Part shown: positions 57,236-64,000 of the stretch, piece by piece | How positions within the stretch are numbered: position 1 is the stretch's first letter | Layout of the letters: each line of letters begins with the position of its first letter | Assembly (NCBI GenBank): GCA_964588145.1 | Contig: CAZPNL010000002.1 | Coordinates: 4,014-68,013 of the forward strand | Direction: 5' to 3' | Source of the DNA: an uncultured Gammaproteobacteria bacterium | Lineage (GTDB): Bacteria > Patescibacteriota > Microgenomatia > UBA10105 > UBA927 | DNA length: 64,000 bases | The notes under the pieces: model-generated | Told to the model about the DNA's origin: nothing | What the model saw: the letters and a program-made list of their open reading frames with translations, nothing else | Databases searched by the model: none | Translations under genes and position numbers: made by a program

Positions 57236-58110
57236 AAAATCCTGACATATCTATCATCATCGTCCACTATAACACCCCTGTTCTTTTAAAGGAGTGTTTG
57301 GTATCTCTGTATAAATATATTTCTTCTCAAATTACAGTTGAAATAATAGTTGTTGATAACGGGTCTACCAGTGAGCACAAAAAAGAATTGCGAGAAGTCA
57401 TTGGTCACTTTCATACAAAGCTCAACCTGAACCTGATTCAAAACAAGGAAAATCTCGGATTTTCTAAAGCGAACAATATCGGCATACGAGCATCACATGG
57501 TGCATATGTGCTGTTATTAAATTCTGATACACAGCTCCAGGATGCAGTCCTGACACACGCATTCCAGTATATGGAAGAGCATACTGAGGTATACGCGTAT
57601 ACTCCTAAGCTTATACTGCAAAATGGGGACATAGACTCAGCCTGTCACCGCGGCTTTCCTACGCCCTGGGCATCACTGTGCTATTTTACGAAACTTGAAC
57701 AGCTCTTTGGCAAAACCAAACTCTTTGGCGGCTATCATCAGACGTACAAAAATATGGATAGTATCCATGAGATCGATTGCCCCAGTGGTGCATTTTTTCT
57801 CGTGAGAAAAAATGCACTGGATAGGATTGGTCTTTTAGACGAGCGATTTTTTATGTATGGTGAAGACATAGATTTGGCATACCGCTTGCGCCAGACAGGT
57901 GGACGCATCATTTATGATCCTACATATGTCGTGCTTCATAAAAAAAAGCAAAGTGGCAGAAATAACGCTGACTGGGTACTCCGCAAAAAGACGCAGCGAC
58001 ATTTTTATGAGGCCATGCTTCTCTTTTATGATAAATGGTATGAAAAAACATATTCACCCGTCGTTTCGTGGCTGGTGCATACTGTCCTGCATATAAAGAT
58101 AGGTAATTAA
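57232..58110 (+). CDS. Glycosyltransferase family 2
   Basis: Start at ATG 57232 (ATGA overlap). 'ISIIIVHYNTPVLL', 'IIVVDNGSTSE', 'LLLNSDTQL' and 'FMYGEDIDLAYRLRQTGGRIIY'. Confidence 0.85.
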   Translation: MKNPDISIIIVHYNTPVLLKECLVSLYKYISSQITVEIIVVDNGSTSEHKKELREVIGHFHTKLNLNLIQNKENLGFSKANNIGIRASHGAYVLLLNSDTQLQDAVLTHAFQYMEEHTEVYAYTPKLILQNGDIDSACHRGFPTPWASLCYFTKLEQLFGKTKLFGGYHQTYKNMDSIHEIDCPSGAFFLVRKNALDRIGLLDERFFMYGEDIDLAYRLRQTGGRIIYDPTYVVLHKKKQSGRNNADWVLRKKTQRHFYEAMLLFYDKWYEKTYSPVVSWLVHTVLHIKIGN

Positions 58111-58111
58111 T

Positions 58112-59212
58112 ATGAAAATAGGCATTGACGGGCGACTCATTGATGAAACAGGTGTCGGCCGATATATCCAAAATCTCATCCTGGAGCTTGCAAAGCGCAA
58201 CACAAAACATGTTTTCATAGTCTACTTGCGAAATCCTCAGTATGAAGATTTTGTATTGCCCAATGCTAACTGGCGCAAAAGGCTCGTCTATTCTCGTTGG
58301 CACACCCTATCCGAGCAGGTGGAGATGCCTCTGGCGTACTTGAAAGACAAGCTCGATGTTGTGCATGTGCCGTATTTTACGGCTCCTATTTTTTATCCTG
58401 GGAAATTTATCCTTACCATTCATGATCTCATCGTACTGCATGTAACGACTGGGAAAGCCAGCACGCTCCCATTGCCGCTATACGCCTTAAAAAAACTTGC
58501 ATATAAGGCAGTGCTGTATCTGGGCATATTGAGAGCACAAAAAATTATTACCGTTTCCCATACTGTAGAAGCTGAACTGACTCAAGCGTTTCCATTTGCC
58601 AGAGACCGTCTGGCAGTTACACTGGAGGGATTTGATACTAGGCTTGTACCGACACAAGAGCGCCTTATTCCAGAGACTTATTTTTTGTATGTTGGGAACG
58701 CATATCCGCATAAAAATGTTGAAGCGCTTATTCGGGCATTTGAAATGTATGTGAAGACACATCCACAATCTAAGACCTCGCTTCTGCTTGTCGGACGTGA
58801 TGATATGTTTTATGCGAGACTGAAGGGTTTGGTAGCCACGCTAACCAGTAAGGACCGCGTCAGATTTTTTGGTCCAGCAGGCGACACACAGCTCTCATCA
58901 CTCTATACACATGCCGCGTGTCTGGTATCACCGTCCACCGCTGAGGGCTTTGGATTGCCACCAGTAGAGGCAGTATCACTTGGGACGCCAGTACTTTTAA
59001 ACGATATACCTATATTTCGTGAAGTGATGGGTGATTTGGCAACCTATGTAAATGTGCATGATCAAGACGCGTTTGCTCGACAACTAGACGCGATAGAACA
59101 AAACCCAGTAGATCAGAAGCTCCTTGCCAAGCACGCGTTTAAGCGCTTTAGTCAAAAATACCGCTGGGACAAACTCGCCAAACAAACACTGGCAGTCTAC
59201 GAATCTGTATGA
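58112..59212 (+). CDS. Glycosyltransferase family 4
   Basis: 366 aa. 'MKIGIDGRLIDETGVGRY' and 'PSTAEGFGLPPVEAVSLGTPVLLNDIPIFREV'. Confidence 0.85.
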   Translation: MKIGIDGRLIDETGVGRYIQNLILELAKRNTKHVFIVYLRNPQYEDFVLPNANWRKRLVYSRWHTLSEQVEMPLAYLKDKLDVVHVPYFTAPIFYPGKFILTIHDLIVLHVTTGKASTLPLPLYALKKLAYKAVLYLGILRAQKIITVSHTVEAELTQAFPFARDRLAVTLEGFDTRLVPTQERLIPETYFLYVGNAYPHKNVEALIRAFEMYVKTHPQSKTSLLLVGRDDMFYARLKGLVATLTSKDRVRFFGPAGDTQLSSLYTHAACLVSPSTAEGFGLPPVEAVSLGTPVLLNDIPIFREVMGDLATYVNVHDQDAFARQLDAIEQNPVDQKLLAKHAFKRFSQKYRWDKLAKQTLAVYESV

Positions 59213-60324
59213 ACATTGCCATCATCTATGACAGGGTTAATACTTTTGGTGGAGCAGAACGTGTACTTTTGTCTCTCCACAAACTCTATCCTGAAGCACC
59301 ACTTTTTACCTCTGTTTATGATCCGATTGAGGCTCCATGGGCAGATGATTTTGATGTAAGACCAAGTTTTGTCAGCCACATCCCCTTTGCCCGCTCCCAT
59401 CACCGCCTGTTTCCGTGGCTCATGCCTCTGGCGTTTGAGACGCTCAATCTCAATGGATTTGATGTCGTCATATCAGTCAGCTCTGCAGAGGCAAAAAATG
59501 TTATTACCCGACCAGGTCAGGTGCATATCTGTTATTGTCTGACGCCAACAAGATACCTCTGGAGTGGGCGGGATGAATATGAAACCAGACCAGGACTTGG
59601 GGTCTTCAGTAGTCTTGCCTCACAAACGTTAAAAAAAATAGGGAATACACTTCGTAATTGGGATGAAGTTGCATCTGCACGTCCTGATTACTATGTCGCC
59701 ATATCAGACAGGGTATCGGAACGAATTGAAACGTATTATCACAGAACTGTAGAGGAGGTGATCTTCCCACCTGTTGACGTATCAGAGCTCCTAAGTGCAG
59801 AAGAAGTCGCCCCTCCGCAAAAAGACTTTTTTCTGGTTGTCTCCCGATTTGTCGGGTACAAACGGATAGACCTTATTATCGAAGCCTGTAATGCCCTCAA
59901 CCTTCCGCTTATCGTCATTGGCCGTGGCCCAGGAGAGGCAGAACTCCGGAGTATTTCAGGAAAAAATGTTACCTTTGTCACCTCGCATTTGACGGATAGT
60001 GAGCTTGGTGCATATTATAGAAATTGTCGCGCATATATCTCGGCTGCTGACGAGGACTTTGGGATAGCTGCCGTCGAAGCCCAGGCTCTGGGGGCACCAG
60101 TGGTTGCCTATAAACACAGCGGGATTGCCCAGATAGTCCAAAATGGCAAAACAGGAATTTTATTTGAAAAACAAACCGTAGAAAGTCTCAAAGAGGTACT
60201 AGCAAGTTTCCAAAAAAGTGCCTATACTCGGTCAGTGTGTGAGGTACATGCGAGGCGATTTAGTGAAGAAGTTTTTTTACAAAAGTTTGATGCGCTGGTG
60301 AGGAGACTCACCAAAAGTATTTAG
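59209..60324 (+). CDS. Glycosyltransferase family 4
   Basis: 371 aa. 'MNIAIIYDRVNTFGGAERV' and 'AADEDFGIAAVEAQALGAPVVAYKHSG'. ATGA overlap upstream. Confidence 0.85.
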   Translation: MNIAIIYDRVNTFGGAERVLLSLHKLYPEAPLFTSVYDPIEAPWADDFDVRPSFVSHIPFARSHHRLFPWLMPLAFETLNLNGFDVVISVSSAEAKNVITRPGQVHICYCLTPTRYLWSGRDEYETRPGLGVFSSLASQTLKKIGNTLRNWDEVASARPDYYVAISDRVSERIETYYHRTVEEVIFPPVDVSELLSAEEVAPPQKDFFLVVSRFVGYKRIDLIIEACNALNLPLIVIGRGPGEAELRSISGKNVTFVTSHLTDSELGAYYRNCRAYISAADEDFGIAAVEAQALGAPVVAYKHSGIAQIVQNGKTGILFEKQTVESLKEVLASFQKSAYTRSVCEVHARRFSEEVFLQKFDALVRRLTKSI

Positions 60325-60386
60325 TAAAAAAAGTAGAAATATCTGGCTGATAGACAGGTCACAAGCCGTTTATGCACCAAGATATG

Positions 60387-60393
60387 AAAGGAG
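60387..60393 (+). promoter_or_regulatory. Shine-Dalgarno site of the nucleotidyltransferase gene
   Basis: AAAGGAG lies 9 nt upstream of ATG 60403, after a 78-nt gap. Confidence 0.5.
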
Positions 60394-60402
60394 ATATTAT
60401 TT

Positions 60403-61485
60403 ATGAAAGCTGTCATATTTGCTGGTGGAGTGGGTACGCGTCTCTGGCCCCTTTCTCGCAAAAAGTCCCCAAAGCAGTTTGAAAAAATCGTGGGAAACCA
60501 ATCTACGCTTCAGCTTGCTGCTAGCCGCTTGCAACCAGACTTTTCATGGAAAGATCTCTATGTATCTACTGGCAAAGATTATGCGCGTATAGTGGCAGAT
60601 CAGCTTGCAGAAATGCCCGTCAATCACATCATCTCAGAGCCCCTCATGCGCGATGTGGGACCAGCTGTAGGACTTGTGACAGCACTCCTCAACCGCGAAT
60701 CCCCCAATGAGCCCATGGTAATACTCTGGAGTGATCATCTCGTGAAAAAAGACGCCCTGTTTCGAAAAATACTTGTAACTGCAGGCAAAGAAATCGAGAA
60801 AAACCCGGAGCAAATCATATTTGTATCCCAAAAGCCACGATTTGCCAGTGTGAACCTGGGTTGGATCAACTACGGCAAACAAGCTAAAAAGGTAGGAGGC
60901 GTGGCATTTCATCATTTTGTGGGTTTCCAGTATAGGCCAGATGAAAAAACGGCAGAGGAATACTTTGCCAGTGGTCATCACGCATGGAATCTTGGGTACT
61001 TTGTGACCACTCCCGCATTTCTTTGGAAACAGTACGAGCAGTTTGTGCCAAATATGCATAGGGATCTCTCGCAAATTGCTGATGCTTGGCGTACGTCTAA
61101 ATACGAGGAAACGCTTGAGCGTCTTTACCCGAAGCTCGAAAAAATCAGCTTTGACAATGCTATCTTAGAGAAACTCAACCCCAGTCAGGCTCTGGTTGTA
61201 TCAGATAACATTGAGTGGAGTGATATAGGTGCATGGGAGGCACTCAAGGAGGCGCTCGAGGACGGGGAAGACAAAAACGTCATACAAGGCTCTGTGGTGC
61301 TACGTGATACAAAGGATAGTTTGGTGTACAATTATACCAACCAGACTGTCGTGACTATAGATGTTTCCGATACGCTTGTCATCAATACTGGGGACGTCGT
61401 ACTTGTGTGTAAAAAAACCTCAGTGCCCAAGATTAAAAAGCTTGTGGAGAGCCTGGCAGGCACGGATCTGGAGCATCTCACCTAA
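60403..61485 (+). CDS. Mannose-1-phosphate guanylyltransferase-like sugar nucleotidyltransferase
   Basis: 360 aa. 'MKAVIFAGGVGTRLWPLSRKKSPKQF', 'SEPLMRDVGPAVGL' and 'EWSDIGAWEAL'. Good SD (AAAGGAG) 9 nt upstream. Confidence 0.8.
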   Translation: MKAVIFAGGVGTRLWPLSRKKSPKQFEKIVGNQSTLQLAASRLQPDFSWKDLYVSTGKDYARIVADQLAEMPVNHIISEPLMRDVGPAVGLVTALLNRESPNEPMVILWSDHLVKKDALFRKILVTAGKEIEKNPEQIIFVSQKPRFASVNLGWINYGKQAKKVGGVAFHHFVGFQYRPDEKTAEEYFASGHHAWNLGYFVTTPAFLWKQYEQFVPNMHRDLSQIADAWRTSKYEETLERLYPKLEKISFDNAILEKLNPSQALVVSDNIEWSDIGAWEALKEALEDGEDKNVIQGSVVLRDTKDSLVYNYTNQTVVTIDVSDTLVINTGDVVLVCKKTSVPKIKKLVESLAGTDLEHLT

Positions 61486-61500
61486 TTCACTTAAAGCAAT

Positions 61501-62139
61501 ATGCTCTATCCTTTTTTTAAACGGACAGTTGATATCGTCGGTGCCAGTATATTGGCCATCGTGTTTTTCCCGATCTGTTTTGTGACGGCTGTAGCTATCA
61601 AACTGGAGACTGAGGGGCCGATACTTGCTGATACACCGCAGCGCGTCGGAAAAAACGGAAAATTATTCAAGCTCTTTAAATTTCGTTCGATGATCGTCAA
61701 TGCACATGAGAAGCTGCGCAAAGACCCCAAGTTTGCCAGTCTCTATAGTGAATACAAAAAAAATAGCTATAAGCTCCCTGACGACCCCCGTGTCACGCAG
61801 GTAGGGAGGTTTATTCGCAAGCACTCGCTTGATGAGATTCCGCAGCTCCTCAATGTATTTCGTGGAGACATGAGCCTTGTGGGTCCACGGCCATACTATC
61901 CAGATGAACTCGTAGAACAGCAACGCAAATACCCACATACCAGAAAGCTTGTGAAAGTCGTGCTCTCAGCCAAACCCGGTATGACCGGCTACTGGCAGGT
62001 GTCAGGCAGAAGCGAGGTAAACTTTGATAAGAGGATTAAGATGGATGCAGACTATGTCGAGAGGAGATCTGTAATGCTTGATGTGATCATCCTCCTCAAA
62101 TCCCCCTGGGCGATGATTAGCGGGAAAGGGGCAGTTTGA
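61501..62139 (+). CDS. Small (PglC/WbaP-C-type) polyprenyl-phosphate phosphoglycosyl transferase, priming enzyme
   Basis: 212 aa with one N-terminal hydrophobic helix. 'KLFKFRSM', '[21 protein letters not shown]' and '[14 protein letters not shown]'. Confidence 0.85.
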   Translation: MLYPFFKRTVDIVGASILAIVFFPICFVTAVAIKLETEGPILADTPQRVGKNGKLFKLFKFRSMIVNAHEKLRKDPKFASLYSEYKKNSYKLPDDPRVTQVGRFIRKHSLDEIPQLLNVFRGDMSLVGPRPYYPDELVEQQRKYPHTRKLVKVVLSAKPGMTGYWQVSGRSEVNFDKRIKMDADYVERRSVMLDVIILLKSPWAMISGKGAV

Positions 62140-62175
62140 CATTGTACGTATATTTCAGAGATAATAAATAAACCT

Positions 62176-64000
62176 ATGTTTGGAAAAAAGAAAGAGTCAG
62201 TTATTGATACAGAAGTAAAACCCAAGAAAAAAGGCGGAGCCAAAAAAGTATTTGGGTGCCTTTTGCTTCTCATTCTCATTCCACTTCTAGTGATTGGTGT
62301 AACCATAGGTGCCCTTGCTATGACGCTCTATCCCATGAAGGAGATCGTGCCACAAGGACAAAAAGTGATCACAAGTGCCAGAGAGCTTGCCGCTGCAGCT
62401 AAAGCTCAAGATCTTGAGAAATCGAAAGCGGGTTTGGCCCAAGTTCGTGCAGACCTGACAGTTGTGCGAAATACCTACAAAGCCACAGATCCACTGAAAA
62501 AAATACCGTATCTAAACGAATATGTTATGGATGGTGAGCATGCGTTTAATGCTGCGTTTGCAGGTTTAGATGCTGGAGACAAGACTATTCAGGCTCTCGA
62601 GCCCAATGCAGATCTATTGGGGCTTAAAGGAACGAAGACCAACTTTGTAGCTGGTAGTGCTGATGAGCGTATCCAGTTTGCTGTCAAAACCATGACTGCT
62701 CTTATACCAAAGGTAAACGACATTGCAACATCTGTCGAAACAGTCCAAAAAGAGCTCGATCAGATTGACCCCATGCGTTATCCAGAGGAATACAAAGGTA
62801 CCAAGATACGTCAACAGATGATTGATGCTAGAGCACTTATCGACAATGCAGCAGGACTATTTGTCAACGCACAGCCACTGCTCAAAAAGCTTCCAGAGTT
62901 ACTTGGTGAACCCAATGAAAAACGGTACCTCGTCGTGTTTCAAAATGATAAAGAACTTCGTCCTACAGGAGGATTTCTTACAGCCTACGCCCAGTTTCGT
63001 ATCGTTCGTGGCAAGATCATCCTGGAGGGTGCAGATGATATATACGCCCTAGATAACTCAATAAACAAAAAATTTGAAGCGCCACCAGAGATTGTAAAGT
63101 TTCACAAAGGCGTGAGTCAGTGGTTTATTCGAGATAGCAATCTGTCTCCTGATTTCAAGCTCTCCATGAACCAGTTTGAAACTATGTACGCAGCCAGCAA
63201 TCGCAAAGAAAAAATCGACGGTATCTGGGTGATGGATACAAATGTACTCGTAGAGATTCTCAAGATCCTGGGGCCTCAGTATGCATACGGCCGCGAGTTT
63301 AGTGCAGACAATGACAAGCGCTGTGATTGTCCAAAGGCTGTCTACGAGCTTGAGGATTATTCGACAAGACCAGTCAATTATGTCCGTGAAGCACGCAAAG
63401 ACATCATTGGAGTCCTCATGCGCGATCTCATGCAAAAGGCTTTAGGAGTTTCACCCTCCCAGTACTGGGGTAAACTTTTTGCAATGTTTTTTGACCAAAT
63501 CAATCAAAAGCATATCATCGCCTACTTCAAAGATCCTGAGGTGCAAAAGGCAGCAGAGAGCTTCAATCTGGCAGGGCGAATTGCAACCAAAGAAGAAACC
63601 CCCGCTATCCTCAAGTACAAAGAGGGTGAAGGATGGGACTACCTCCATATCAATAACACCAACTTTGCTGGAGCCAAATCAAACCTCTTTACCACTTTTA
63701 AAGTTTCCAAAGATGTAAAGGTAGAAGGCGATGGATCCACTACAAATAAAGTACTCATCACCTATACCAATTCTTTTGCAGCCAGCAACTGTGATCTAGA
63801 GGCTGGACTGCTGTGCTTAAACGCCCCACTTCGCAACTGGCTTCGCGTCTATGTGCCAGCAGGCAGTACGCTTGTGGACAGCAAGGGTTCTATACACCCA
63901 AAGACTTCAAAGGCCGAGGATATGACGACATACGATAGTCTGGGGAAAACCGTCATCGAAGGCTTTTTGATCATCAACCCCAAGAGCCAGTCTCGGATCG
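62176..64000 (+). CDS. DUF4012-like membrane-anchored extracytoplasmic protein (3' end beyond the window)
   Basis: Not in the ORF track because it has no stop. I translated the frame from ATG 62176 by hand to nt 63999 and found no stop. It begins 'MFGKKKESVID...' and carries one TM segment, 'VFGCLLLLILIPLLVIGVTIGALAM'. The DUF4012 hallmark 'RYLVVFQNDKELRPTGGFLTAYAQF' is present. Confidence 0.75.
   Translation, partial: MFGKKKESVIDTEVKPKKKGGAKKVFGCLLLLILIPLLVIGVTIGALAMTLYPMKEIVPQGQKVITSARELAAAAKAQDLEKSKAGLAQVRADLTVVRNTYKATDPLKKIPYLNEYVMDGEHAFNAAFAGLDAGDKTIQALEPNADLLGLKGTKTNFVAGSADERIQFAVKTMTALIPKVNDIATSVETVQKELDQIDPMRYPEEYKGTKIRQQMIDARALIDNAAGLFVNAQPLLKKLPELLGEPNEKRYLVVFQNDKELRPTGGFLTAYAQFRIVRGKIILEGADDIYALDNSINKKFEAPPEIVKFHKGVSQWFIRDSNLSPDFKLSMNQFETMYAASNRKEKIDGIWVMDTNVLVEILKILGPQYAYGREFSADNDKRCDCPKAVYELEDYSTRPVNYVREARKDIIGVLMRDLMQKALGVSPSQYWGKLFAMFFDQINQKHIIAYFKDPEVQKAAESFNLAGRIATKEETPAILKYKEGEGWDYLHINNTNFAGAKSNLFTTFKVSKDVKVEGDGSTTNKVLITYTNSFAASNCDLEAGLLCLNAPLRNWLRVYVPAGSTLVDSKGSIHPKTSKAEDMTTYDSLGKTVIEGFLIINPKSQSRI

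Noticed and set aside
1-64000. I searched for CRISPR arrays, transposases or integrases, prophage genes, tRNA, rRNA, toxin-antitoxin genes and known defence genes.
   Set aside because: I saw no regularly spaced repeats, no recombinase, RT or nuclease-like translations in the ORF track, and no tRNA-like T-arm sequences in the four gaps longer than 100 nt. The window appears to be purely a glycan locus plus the small non-glycan insert.

Overview
This 64-kb window is low-GC and very gene-dense. I call about 53 CDS, mostly on the + strand, with many ATGA/TAATG start-stop overlaps. I found no rRNA, tRNA, CRISPR array, transposase or integrase. Almost every gene belongs to cell-surface glycan biosynthesis. 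The soluble part comprises 7 GT2 and 7 GT4 glycosyltransferases (one GT4 truncated), 4 class-I SAM methyltransferases, 2 acetyltransferases, an ArnB/DegT-type aminotransferase, 4 SDR sugar-nucleotide enzymes (UXS-like, GalE and two others), a mannose-1-P guanylyltransferase, a small phosphoglycosyl transferase, a Wzx-like flippase and a DUF4012-like protein. The most striking feature is about 18 large polytopic membrane proteins that look like GT-C-type (polyprenyl-phosphate-sugar dependent) glycosyltransferases from several families. These are YfhO-like, GT39/ArnT-like (including a tandem triplet), a PTPS-related/COG5617-like pair, GT87/DUF2029-like, two AftD/DUF3367-like giants, TMTC/DUF1736-like (one fused to an O-antigen-ligase/Wzy_C-like domain), and a convergent pair from a family I cannot place. 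A roughly 4.5-kb non-glycan insert (NRAMP transporter, TPR membrane protein, small membrane proteins), a 495-bp noncoding gap holding a decayed Cys-rich frame, and a truncated GT4 separate an AT-richer left and centre (hand-sampled ~36% GC) from a GC-richer right part (~47%). Gene content and style suggest a Patescibacteria/CPR-like small-genome bacterium, but that is inference only. All family assignments rest on motifs read from the translations and recalled from memory; no database search was possible.
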